64,000 bases of DNA from Gemmatimonadales bacterium (GTDB lineage: Bacteria; Gemmatimonadota; Gemmatimonadetes; Gemmatimonadales; GWC2-71-9). The notes under the pieces were generated by a model. The model saw only the letters and a program-made list of their open reading frames with translations, was not told where the DNA came from and ran no database searches. Made by a program: the position numbers and the translations under genes. Below, one piece after another: positions 39,142-47,799 of the stretch. The DNA lies in assembly GCA_035759745.1 (NCBI GenBank), contig DASTUF010000068.1, positions 20,935 to 84,934 of the forward strand. The letters run 5' to 3'. The first letter of the stretch is position 1. The number at the start of each line of letters is the position of its first letter.

Positions 39142-40490
39142 TACATCTCCTCCACCAGCTGGCGGAAAGTGGTGCCCCGCTCTTCGTAGTTGTTGAACAT
39201 GTCGTAGCTGGAGCAGGCGGGTGACAGCAGCACCGCATCGCCCGGCTGGGCCTCCCGCCTGGCCGCCGCGATCACATCCGTGAAGGTGTCGGCCCCGACC
39301 AGGCGGACCTGGCCATCGAGATCCTGCTCGATGATCGAGCGCGCCTCGCCGTACGCCACCACCGCGCGACAGCGATCCCTGAGCAGCGGCGCCAGCCTGC
39401 TGTACGGCTCACCCTTGTGCCGCCCGCCCAGCAGCAGCACGTAGGGCCGGTCGATGGCGGCGAGCGCCACCTCGGTCGAGGTGATGTTGGTGGACTTGGA
39501 GTCGTTGATCCAGAGCACGCCGCCCACTTCCCGGATCGGTTCGACCCGGTGCGGGATCGCCTCGAAGCTCGCCATCCCTCCGGCGACGGCGTCGAGGTCC
39601 ACCCCCAGGGTGTCGGCCACGAGCAACACGGTCAGCGCATTGGCGACGTTGTGGTCGCCCAGCAGCGGCAGGTCATCCCGCGCGAGGATCGCGCGGTCTC
39701 CCAGCATCAGTCGGCCACCCAGCCGGTCGAACCAGGCGTCGGCGCGCCGCTGCAGCGAAAACCTGAGCACGCGCCCGGGCACCTCGGCGGCCAGCGCCAG
39801 CAACGGTTCGTCATCGCCATTCAGCACCGTGACCGAATCCGCACCGGCATTGCGCAGGAGCAGCATCTTGTCGCCGTAGTATTCGGCGAGACTGGCGTAC
39901 CGGTCGAGGTGATTGGGCGCGAGGTTGGTGATGACGCCCACCGCCGGGCGCACCCGCGGCATGTCATGCAGCTGGAAACTCGAGAGCTCCAGCGCCAGCC
40001 ACGCGGGGGCGCGCTCCGCCAGGGCAACGTCACAGACGGGCACTCCGATGTTGCCGGCCGGCTGGATATCGAGCCCTGCGTGCGCCAGCGCGCGCGCGGC
40101 AAGCGAGGTCGTGGTGGTCTTGCCATTGGTGCCGGTGATCGCGACGTACTCCGTGTGGGGCAGCTCGGTCAGTCCGAGTTCGGCCTCGGCGACAATCTCC
40201 CTGCCGCTGGTGCGGGCGTGCGCGAGCGGCGGCACGTCCGGCGGCACGCCTGGCGCCACCACCACGGCGGTGGCAGCACCGATGCGGGAAAGATCATGCC
40301 CGCCGAGCATCACGTCCGCGCCCGCCGCGCGCGCCGTCGAGGCCCACCGCTGGTGGGCGTCGGAGGTGCCGGTGTCCGAGACGTACACCGCAAGGCCACG
40401 GGCGCGGAGCAGGCGCGCGGCACTGACGCCGCTCCGGCCCAGGCCCACCACTGCGATTTCGCCTCCCCGGGCCCGCCACTCGCCGATCAT
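39141..40490 (-). CDS. murD: UDP-N-acetylmuramoylalanine--D-glutamate ligase
   Basis: 449 aa. Motifs VVGLGRSGVSAARLL, GTNGKTTTT, NDSKSTN. Confidence 0.95.
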   Translation of the reverse strand: MIGEWRARGGEIAVVGLGRSGVSAARLLRARGLAVYVSDTGTSDAHQRWASTARAAGADVMLGGHDLSRIGAATAVVVAPGVPPDVPPLAHARTSGREIVAEAELGLTELPHTEYVAITGTNGKTTTTSLAARALAHAGLDIQPAGNIGVPVCDVALAERAPAWLALELSSFQLHDMPRVRPAVGVITNLAPNHLDRYASLAEYYGDKMLLLRNAGADSVTVLNGDDEPLLALAAEVPGRVLRFSLQRRADAWFDRLGGRLMLGDRAILARDDLPLLGDHNVANALTVLLVADTLGVDLDAVAGGMASFEAIPHRVEPIREVGGVLWINDSKSTNITSTEVALAAIDRPYVLLLGGRHKGEPYSRLAPLLRDRCRAVVAYGEARSIIEQDLDGQVRLVGADTFTDVIAAARREAQPGDAVLLSPACSSYDMFNNYEERGTTFRQLVEEM

Positions 40491-41618
40491 TCAGCGCACC
40501 TTGAGTGTCGCGAATGCGACCAGCGCGCAGAGGATCCCGATGATGTAGAATCGGGTCACGACCGTCGTCTCGGCCCAGCCGAGCTTCTCGAAGTGGTGAT
40601 GCAGTGGCGCCATCCGGAAGACCCGGTGCGCATCGGCGTATTCCTTGCCGCGGGTACGCTTGCGCCACCGGTACACCGACGTCTGCATCATCACCGACGT
40701 CGCCTCCGCCGCGAAGACGCCGCCGATGATCAGCAGCAGGAACTCCGCCTTGAGCACGATCGCCACTGTGCCGAGCGCGCCGCCGATGGCCAGGCTCCCC
40801 GTGTCACCCATGAAGACCTGGGCCGGATGGGCGTTGAACCAGAGGAAACCCAGACATGCCCCCATGAGCGCGGCACAGAAGATCGACAACTCTCCGGCGC
40901 CGGGCAGGTGAAACAGGAACAGGTATTCGGTCAGGTCCACCCGGCCCAGCAGGTAGGCAAACACCGCGAAGGCCAGCGCCGCGACGGCAGCCAGTCCGGC
41001 GGCGAGCCCGTCCAGTCCGTCGGTGAGGTTCACGGCGTTGCTGCTGCCGGTGATCACCAGCGTCACGAAGAGCACGAACAGCCACGGCGCGAAGTTGACC
41101 ACGAGGTACTTGAAGAATGGCAGGGTCGTCGCCGTCGCCGGAAGGATCGTCTCCGGCGCCACTGGCCGGGCCAGCAGCAGCAGGCCGAGGCACAGGCCGA
41201 AGCCGCACTGCCCCGCCAGCTTCCACTTCGCGACCAGTCCGCGCGACTTGCCCTGCACGATCTTGAGATAATCGTCCAGAAAACCGATCGCTCCCATCCA
41301 CAGGAGCGCCAGCAGCGCCACCAGCACGAAGCGGTTGTCGAGCTGGGCCCAGAGCAACGTCGGAATGACGGTGGCGAGCAGGATGATCAGCCCGCCCATG
41401 GTGGGCGTGCCCCGCTTGGCCTGGTGGCTGGCCGGTCCCTCGGCGCGAATCACCTGTCCCACCTTGTGCGCCCGCAGCCGGCGGATGACGCCCGGTCCCG
41501 CGATGAACGCGATCAGCAACGCCGTCACCACCGCGCCGGCCGCACGGAAGCTGATGTAGTTGAACAGATTGAAGAAGATGTGATTCTTGCCGAGCGGGGC
41601 GAGCAGGTAATAGAACAT
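40491..41618 (-). CDS. mraY: Phospho-N-acetylmuramoyl-pentapeptide transferase
   Basis: 375 aa. Motifs KRGTPTMGGL, NAVNLTDGLDGLA, HHHFE. Confidence 0.97.
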   Translation of the reverse strand: MFYYLLAPLGKNHIFFNLFNYISFRAAGAVVTALLIAFIAGPGVIRRLRAHKVGQVIRAEGPASHQAKRGTPTMGGLIILLATVIPTLLWAQLDNRFVLVALLALLWMGAIGFLDDYLKIVQGKSRGLVAKWKLAGQCGFGLCLGLLLLARPVAPETILPATATTLPFFKYLVVNFAPWLFVLFVTLVITGSSNAVNLTDGLDGLAAGLAAVAALAFAVFAYLLGRVDLTEYLFLFHLPGAGELSIFCAALMGACLGFLWFNAHPAQVFMGDTGSLAIGGALGTVAIVLKAEFLLLIIGGVFAAEATSVMMQTSVYRWRKRTRGKEYADAHRVFRMAPLHHHFEKLGWAETTVVTRFYIIGILCALVAFATLKVR

Positions 41619-42973
41619 CAGGCCTCGGCGGCTGGGAGCGCGCGGTCGCGAAGGAGCGGAAGTATACGTTCGAGCGCCACGCCACGGGATGCCTTGAGCA
41701 CGATCAGTTCGTCACCCGCGAGGTGGGGCGTGAGCACCGGCCCAAGTGCCGGCGGATCAGCGGCGGTGAGAAGCTCGCCGGTCAGCGCCTCGCGGCGGGC
41801 CTCGAGCGGTGCCACGAACGCGCCCACCGCCGCCAGCAGGTCCGGCTTGAGCGCGATCAGCTGCTCCGCCACCTCGGCATGGAGCACCGCGGACTCGTCG
41901 CCCAGTTCCCGCATCGTGCCGGCCACGAAGACCAGCCGGCGCCCCTCACGCATCGCTTTCGCGGTGGCGATGGCCGACGCGAACGATTGCGGGTTGGCGT
42001 TGTAGCAGTCATTGAGCACGGTCATCAGGCCCAGCTGGGTCAGCTCGGTCCGCCCAGGGGGCAGTTCGACCGCGCCCAGCGCGCGCGCAGCAGCATGCAG
42101 GTCGAGTCCGAGCTCCTCCGCCACCGCCCACGCCAGCATCGCGTTGGCGGCAAGGTGGCGGCCAGGATAGGGCAGCTGGACTGCCTCGTTGCCGGCCATG
42201 AAGCTGGCCCGCCCCCGCTGGTCGAGCGTGAGATCGCGCGCCTTGCGCTCGGCGGCGGAGATTCCGGCGGTGAGTACCCGGCGGGCCAGCTGGCGGGCGC
42301 CGTCCGCCAGCGCGGGCGGATCGGTCCCCACAATGGCGAGCGGCACGTCGCGCGCCAGTGCCAGCTTCTCCTGCAGCACGCCTTCGAGCGAACCGAATCC
42401 TTCGAGATGCCCGGCTCCGGCGTTGGTGATGACGGTGATGTCGGGCGCGATGATCTCGCGGTAACGCGCCACTTCGCCCGGCAGGTTGGCGCCGGCCTCG
42501 ACCACGAGCGCCTCGGTGTCGGCCGGTGCCGACAGGATGGTGTACGGCACCCCCACCAGGTTGTTGAGATTGGCGTGAGTGGCGTGCACCTGGAACCGGG
42601 TCGCGAGCACCGCGCGGAGCATCTCCTTGGTGCTGGTCTTGCCGTTGGTGCCGGTGACCGCAACCACCGGCCCGCTGATCTCCTTGCGTCGAGCATGCGC
42701 CAGCGCACCATACGCCTCGAGCGGGGCCCCTACTTCGAACGTTGCCAGTCCGGGAATGGTCGGCGTTCCCCGCCGCACGAGCGCGGCGGCCGCACCGCGC
42801 GCCCGGGCGTCGGCCAGGTGATCGTGGCCGTCAAAGCGGTCGCCTGCCAGGGCGACGAACAGCGCCCCCGGCTGGAGCGTGCGGGTGTCGGTGGAGATCG
42901 ACGTGAAGTCCTTGCCCTCAGGCAGCGCAATCCCAAGGGCATCCCGCACGAAGGGGCGGCTCCAGTGCCTCAT
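41618..42973 (-). CDS. murF: UDP-N-acetylmuramoyl-tripeptide--D-alanyl-D-alanine ligase
   Basis: 451 aa. Motifs GTNGKTSTKEM, NDCYNANP. Confidence 0.9.
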   Translation of the reverse strand: MRHWSRPFVRDALGIALPEGKDFTSISTDTRTLQPGALFVALAGDRFDGHDHLADARARGAAAALVRRGTPTIPGLATFEVGAPLEAYGALAHARRKEISGPVVAVTGTNGKTSTKEMLRAVLATRFQVHATHANLNNLVGVPYTILSAPADTEALVVEAGANLPGEVARYREIIAPDITVITNAGAGHLEGFGSLEGVLQEKLALARDVPLAIVGTDPPALADGARQLARRVLTAGISAAERKARDLTLDQRGRASFMAGNEAVQLPYPGRHLAANAMLAWAVAEELGLDLHAAARALGAVELPPGRTELTQLGLMTVLNDCYNANPQSFASAIATAKAMREGRRLVFVAGTMRELGDESAVLHAEVAEQLIALKPDLLAAVGAFVAPLEARREALTGELLTAADPPALGPVLTPHLAGDELIVLKASRGVALERILPLLRDRALPAAEA

Positions 42974-44424
42974 TCGGCACCCGCCGCGCGGACGATCTCG
43001 CGCTCGTCGAACGGCTGCCTCTCGGTGCCGATGACCTGGTACGTCTCATGGCCCTTGCCGGCCAGGAGAATGGTGTCGCCCTCTCGTGCCTCTCCCAGCG
43101 CGCGCTCGATCGCCTCGCGCCGATCCACGATCGCAACCCGCGGCGCCGAGCCCATGCCCGCCTCGATGTCGGCGATGATCTGCGCCGGGTCCTCGGTGCG
43201 GGGATTGTCGCTGGTCACGATGGCGACGTCGGCATGCTCGGCGGCCACCCGCCCCATGATGGGCCGCTTGCCGCGATCCCGGTCTCCGCCGCAGCCGAAC
43301 ACCACGATCAGCCGGCGCGAGGTAAGCGGGTCGAGCGTGAGCAGCGCACGCTCCAGAGCGTCGGGTGTGTGGGCATAGTCGCGCAGGACCACGCATGGCC
43401 GCGTGGCGATGCGCTCCATGCGGCCCGGAACCTGGGGCGACTCGGAGAGCCGTGCGGCGATGGTGGACAGCGGAAGGTCGAGTGCCAGGCCCGCGCCGGC
43501 GGCCGCCAGCGCGTTGGCCACGTTGAAGTCGCCGAGCAGCGGCAGCGCTACCTCTGCGTTGCCGAAGCGCCCCGCGAGGCGGAATCTGCTTCCGCCGGCC
43601 TCGAGGCTGAGGTCGGCCGCACGCAGGTCGGCCGCGGCGGTGATGCCGAAGGTGATCGTCCGCGGTGCTCCCGCGCGGCTCCAGGCGGGATCGTCGGCGT
43701 TCAGCACGGCGGTGCCGCGAAGCCCGAGATAGTCGACCAGCCGCAGCTTCGCGTCACGGTAGCGGTCCATGGTCTCGTGATAGTCGAGGTGGTCGCGCGT
43801 GAGGTTGGTGAAGACGCCGGCTGCGAAGGTCAGGCCGTCCAGCCGGCGCTGGTCCAGCGAGTGCGAAGAGGCTTCCATCGCCACGTGGGTCGTGCCACGG
43901 TGCCGCAGCTCTGCCAGGGTCGCCATGAGGTCCACCGGGCCCGGTGTGGTGAGCGACCCGGCGGTCGAGGCCACGGCCGCGCCGGTGCCATCGAAGGCGC
44001 CCAGCGTTCCCAGACTGGCTGCGGTTCCGGACTGGTTCAGGATGTGCCGCACCAGGCCGGTCGTCGTGGTCTTGCCGTTGGTGCCCGTGATCCCGACCAG
44101 CACCAGGCTGGCGGCCGGGTTGCCGAACCACTCGCGTGCGAGCGTGACGGCAGCGCGAAAGCCGTCACGCACGATGAGTTCCGGCGCTCCCGACTCCATG
44201 GCGGTCTCGCCTGCGACCAGCACCGCACCGCGCTGGACTGCATCTGCGGCGAAGCGGTGCCCATCGAACTGGGTGCCACGCACCGCGATGTACAGGTCGC
44301 CCGGACGCACCATGCGGCTGTCCGTGCTGATGCCGCGGGGTTCGGGGCGCTGGTCCGGTGCACTGGCCAGCAGGTCCGCACGGGCGAGCGCTGCCAGCAG
44401 CTGATTGAGGGAAGGCGTGGACAT
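42970..44424 (-). CDS. murE: UDP-N-acetylmuramoyl-L-alanyl-D-glutamate--2,6-diaminopimelate ligase
   Basis: Internal ATG at 44422-44424 (MSTPSLNQLL...ISTDSRMVRPGDLYIAVRG) abuts the ftsI stop. Motifs GTNGKTTTT and DYAHTPDAL, plus a DNPR motif (SDNPRTEDP) suggesting meso-DAP specificity. Confidence 0.9.
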   Translation of the reverse strand: MSTPSLNQLLAALARADLLASAPDQRPEPRGISTDSRMVRPGDLYIAVRGTQFDGHRFAADAVQRGAVLVAGETAMESGAPELIVRDGFRAAVTLAREWFGNPAASLVLVGITGTNGKTTTTGLVRHILNQSGTAASLGTLGAFDGTGAAVASTAGSLTTPGPVDLMATLAELRHRGTTHVAMEASSHSLDQRRLDGLTFAAGVFTNLTRDHLDYHETMDRYRDAKLRLVDYLGLRGTAVLNADDPAWSRAGAPRTITFGITAAADLRAADLSLEAGGSRFRLAGRFGNAEVALPLLGDFNVANALAAAGAGLALDLPLSTIAARLSESPQVPGRMERIATRPCVVLRDYAHTPDALERALLTLDPLTSRRLIVVFGCGGDRDRGKRPIMGRVAAEHADVAIVTSDNPRTEDPAQIIADIEAGMGSAPRVAIVDRREAIERALGEAREGDTILLAGKGHETYQVIGTERQPFDEREIVRAAGAE

Positions 44425-46394
44425 CAGTCGTCGGCGTTGCCGAGGAGAAGCTCGACTGTGCTGCCCCGCGCTACCTGTCGGCCCGCTTCCGGTGACGTGC
44501 GAAGCGCCGATCCACCCCTGCCGCGCAGCCGTACCCGCAAGCCGTTCTGATGCAGCAACGCGACAGCCGCACGCACGCCCCTGCCGCCAACCTCGGGCAC
44601 GACCGGACGCGACGGAGTGCTGTCGGTGGCGCGCTGCGGCCACGGAAGACCGACAATCACCGGCGGCTCGGGCGGCGGCGCCGGTGGATCCGGCAGCCGC
44701 ACCACACCAGTGGATGCCAGCCGGTTCAGCTGCAGGGCATCATTGCGGGAGGCGAGCGCCTCTTCCAGGATCTCGCGGGTCAGCGGTGCCGCCGTCAGCC
44801 CGCCGAAGTAGCTGCCTTCACTGGGATTGTCGATCTTCACCACCGCCACCAGTTGGGGATCGTCGGCCGGCCAGATCGAGGCGAACGAGGCGGTATACTC
44901 GCCCGGCACGTAGCTGCCGCCCCGCGCTACCTGGGCCGTGCCGGTCTTGCCGATCAGTTCGTAGTTCTGGATCTGTCCCAGCTCGCCGGTGCCAGCCTCA
45001 CCCACCGCGCCGCGCAGGTAGCGCCGCAGCGTCTGCGCCACCTCCACCGGGATGACGCGGCGCACCGGCTCGGGGTCGTGGCGGTACACCACCCGCCCGC
45101 CGGGCGCCTCGATCCGCTTCACCAGCGTCGGTGCGTACAGCGTGCCGCCATTGGCGATGACAGCGTACGCCGAGGCCAGCTGGACCGCGGTCACTGAAAA
45201 GCTATAGCCCCGCGACAGGCTCTCGAGGGTCAGCTCGGGCTCCCACGCAGCCGGCATCGGCAAGCTGCCCCGGGACTCCGCACCGGCGGGCACCACGCCG
45301 GTGTAGGTGCCGAAGCCGAAGTCCCGGAGCGCGGCGTACAGCTCCCTGGGCTCGAGTCGCCTGGCAAACTTGGCCATCCCGATATTGCTCGAGACTTCCA
45401 CCGCGTGCGCCAGTGTGAGCGGCTCTTCCGACACGTGTTCGTCGGTGATGGTGTACGGCACCGCCAAGGGCGGGTCGATCCGCCACGTGCCGTTCTCGGC
45501 CGAGACGGTATCGGTGCTGTCCACCCTGTCCTCCCGAAGCAGCGCCGCGGCGGTGAAGAGCTTCACGGTGGAGCCTGGCTCGAACGGCGCGCTGAACGCG
45601 GCCGAACTGGGGCGCTCGCCCTCCTGCCGCGATGCCACCGCGAGCAGCTCGCCGCTGTTGGGGTCGAGAAAGACTATGTCGCCTGCCCTGGCATCCATCT
45701 GCACCAGCGCCTCGTCGAGCGCCCGCTCGGCAATCTCCTGCAGCCGTGCATCAATGGTGAGGTACACGTCGTGGCCGGGCACCGGATGACTGACCAGGCG
45801 CGAAGGCGACTCGAACCGCTGACCCCCGATGTCGCGCAGCACCACGGCCTCGCCCGGCGTTCCCCGGAGCAGCGAATCGAGTGCGCTCTCTATACCGGAC
45901 TTGCCGATCTCCGCCTCGGGGTCGAAGACGCCCAGCATCGGCGCGGCGAAGTCGCCACCATAGCGCAGCCGCCGCTGCAGCGGCTCGAGATGCACGCCCG
46001 CGACGTCGCGCAAGGGCTGCACCTGCGATGCCGTGTACGGGCCGTGGCGATATACCGAGAGCCGTCCCGACGCGAGTTCGCGGGCGAGCCCCGCGGGCGC
46101 CTCCCCCAGTGCGCGGCCCACCACGCGCGCCGTGGCACGCGGGTCACGCACCTGTTCCGGCGCGATGGAGAGATGATACTGCTCCTGCGATACCACCAGC
46201 GGCTCGCCCGACCGGTCGTAGATGGTGCCGCGGCGGGCAGGCATGACCACGGTGGTGGTGCGCTGGCGTGCCGCGCGCTCGGCGAACTCGTCCCCGCGCA
46301 CCAGCTGCAGCTGCGCGGCCCGGGCGAGGATGCTGAGCATGCCGAGACCGAGGCAGAACTGGATGAATCCGGTGCGAACGGCAGGCTTGGCCAT
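44424..46394 (-). CDS. ftsI: Peptidoglycan D,D-transpeptidase FtsI (class B PBP) with a C-terminal PASTA domain
   Basis: 656 aa. N-terminal TM segment, SxxK (GSTVK), SxN and KTG (GKTGTA). The last ~59 aa (VVPEVGGRGVRAAVALLHQNGLRVRLRGRG...GSTVELLLG) fit the PASTA pattern. Confidence 0.9.
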   Translation of the reverse strand: MAKPAVRTGFIQFCLGLGMLSILARAAQLQLVRGDEFAERAARQRTTTVVMPARRGTIYDRSGEPLVVSQEQYHLSIAPEQVRDPRATARVVGRALGEAPAGLARELASGRLSVYRHGPYTASQVQPLRDVAGVHLEPLQRRLRYGGDFAAPMLGVFDPEAEIGKSGIESALDSLLRGTPGEAVVLRDIGGQRFESPSRLVSHPVPGHDVYLTIDARLQEIAERALDEALVQMDARAGDIVFLDPNSGELLAVASRQEGERPSSAAFSAPFEPGSTVKLFTAAALLREDRVDSTDTVSAENGTWRIDPPLAVPYTITDEHVSEEPLTLAHAVEVSSNIGMAKFARRLEPRELYAALRDFGFGTYTGVVPAGAESRGSLPMPAAWEPELTLESLSRGYSFSVTAVQLASAYAVIANGGTLYAPTLVKRIEAPGGRVVYRHDPEPVRRVIPVEVAQTLRRYLRGAVGEAGTGELGQIQNYELIGKTGTAQVARGGSYVPGEYTASFASIWPADDPQLVAVVKIDNPSEGSYFGGLTAAPLTREILEEALASRNDALQLNRLASTGVVRLPDPPAPPPEPPVIVGLPWPQRATDSTPSRPVVPEVGGRGVRAAVALLHQNGLRVRLRGRGGSALRTSPEAGRQVARGSTVELLLGNADD

Positions 46395-46690
46395 CAGCGG
46401 GGCCGCGTGGTGTCGGGAGCGGGCAGTGGCAGGAAGGTTATCTCGGCGCCAGTGGCCGGGCGGAGCCCCAGGCGTTCGGCGGCACGGCCGATGGCCGCGC
46501 GCCCCGCAGCTTCGTTGATGCCACGCTGCAGGTCGGCGGCCACCGCCTCGAGCGCCTCACGGTCGCTCCGGGCGTTGTCGAGCTCGCGGGCGAGCTGATA
46601 CGACCTGGTGCCGCGCGACAGGATGATCGTCGCGACCGCGAGGAACGCGAAGAGCCACAGCACCAGCCAGTGTCTACCCCTGATCTGCAT
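46394..46690 (-). CDS. ftsL: Cell division protein FtsL-like (single TM plus coiled coil)
   Basis: MQIRGRHWLVLWLFAFLAVATIILSRG..., then a coiled-coil-like region. Its position between rsmH and ftsI supports the call. The start could also be the GTG at 46720. Confidence 0.6.
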   Translation of the reverse strand: MQIRGRHWLVLWLFAFLAVATIILSRGTRSYQLARELDNARSDREALEAVAADLQRGINEAAGRAAIGRAAERLGLRPATGAEITFLPLPAPDTTRPR

Positions 46691-47591
46691 CGGCTTTCCT
46701 GAAGATCCGAAGCCGGGCACTGCGCGCCCGGGGGTTGGCCGCGATCTCGTCGTCGCCCGCGGTGATGGCCTTGTGGGGTCGAGCCCGGCCCAGCGGCTTC
46801 CGGCCGCAGGTGCAGACCGGCTGGCGCGGGGGACAGATGCAACCCCGCTCCCATTCGCGGAAAAGTGTCTTGACGAGGCGGTCCTCGCCTGAATGATAGC
46901 TGATCACGGCCAGAGAACCGCCTGGCACAAGCGCCTCGAACATCGCTGGAAGCGCCCGGGCCAGGCCACCCAGCTCGTCGTTGACTGCGATGCGGAGAGC
47001 CTGGAACAGGCGGGCGAAATCACCGGGGCCCGATCGCGGCCCCAGCACGGCACGGATCGCATTCACGAAGTCGTCGCTGATCCGGTACTCGCCTCGCGCC
47101 CGGCGGCGTACCACTTCTCGGGCGAGACGGCGCGCGCGCCGTTCGTCGCCGTACTCCCGGAACACCCGCTCCAGCTCCGGCTCAGGAGCCGCGTTGAGCA
47201 GCTCGGCTGCGGTCTCGCCGGCCCGGCTCATGCGCATGTCGAGCATGGCACCGGGCCGGAAGGTGAAGCCGCGATCCTCCTGGTCCAGCTGTGCGCTGCT
47301 GACACCGAGGTCGAGCAGGACCAAGTCGGGACGGAAGTCAGCGATGGCCTCGAGCGCGCGGTCGGCGGCGTACGGCGATTCGAGGAAGGTCACGTTGCCG
47401 CCGCCCAGCCTGGCGCCGGCACGCTGCAGTGCCGACGGGTCGCGATCAATGGCCAGCAGCGTCACTCCGCGACCGAGCAGCGCCTCGGCGTGGCCGCCGT
47501 CGCCCACGGTGGCGTCCACTACGCGCGTGGCCCCCTGCGCTGCCGCGAGGACGGCGTCGAGCAGCACCGGGACGTGATAGGCGAGGGTCAT
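46674..47591 (-). CDS. rsmH: 16S rRNA (cytosine1402-N4)-methyltransferase
   Basis: Start taken at the ATG at 47589-47591 (MTLAYHVPVLLDAVL...DATVGDGGHAEALL). Motifs DLGVSSAQLD and SYHSGEDRLVK. Confidence 0.95.
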   Translation of the reverse strand: MTLAYHVPVLLDAVLAAAQGATRVVDATVGDGGHAEALLGRGVTLLAIDRDPSALQRAGARLGGGNVTFLESPYAADRALEAIADFRPDLVLLDLGVSSAQLDQEDRGFTFRPGAMLDMRMSRAGETAAELLNAAPEPELERVFREYGDERRARRLAREVVRRRARGEYRISDDFVNAIRAVLGPRSGPGDFARLFQALRIAVNDELGGLARALPAMFEALVPGGSLAVISYHSGEDRLVKTLFREWERGCICPPRQPVCTCGRKPLGRARPHKAITAGDDEIAANPRARSARLRIFRKADADQG

Positions 47592-47608
47592 GGCAGGTCC
47601 GGGATGCT

Positions 47609-47643
47609 GGAAACACAACACCCCGTCCGGCAGGGACGGGGTG
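47609..47643 (-). terminator. Intrinsic-terminator-like hairpin downstream of tRNA-Asp, immediately upstream of rsmH
   Basis: The minus strand reads CACCCCGTCC-CTGCC-GGACGGGGTG followed by TTGTGTTTCC. This is a 10-bp perfect GC-rich stem with a 5-nt loop and a U-rich tail. Confidence 0.6.
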
Positions 47644-47662
47644 AGGCGTTCATCGAGATGAA

Positions 47663-47737
47663 CGGGGCTGACGGGGCTCGAACCCGCGACCTCCGCAGTG
47701 ACAGTGCGGCACTCTAACCAAGCTGAGCTACAGCCCC
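47663..47737 (-). tRNA. tRNA-Asp (anticodon GTC)
   Basis: Hand-folded: acceptor GGGGCTG/CAGCCCC, D arm GCTC..GAGT, anticodon stem CCGCA/TGCGG with loop CTGTCAC, T arm GCGGG-TTCGAGC-CCCGT, discriminator G. 75 nt. No encoded CCA. Confidence 0.93.
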
Positions 47738-47799
47738 AGCAAACAGGCGCGCAATGTAACTGCCGGGCGCGGGGGGCGGTAGCCCCCGCACCCCGGCGT

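Noticed and set aside
39417-42005. 862-aa plus-strand ORF antisense to murD-mraY-murF. Similar giants occur at 8069..9712, 41723..43378, 43048..44550, 47698..49653, 60069..61964 and 62615..63631.
   Set aside because: All lie opposite strongly supported genes, and 47698..49653 even runs through two tRNA genes. Their composition is typical of antisense frames, and none has a plausible domain.
47592-47662. A possible mraZ gene or MraZ-binding repeats upstream of rsmH.
   Set aside because: Only 71 nt separate rsmH from tRNA-Asp, and the terminator hairpin occupies them. No ORF and no direct-repeat triplet was seen.
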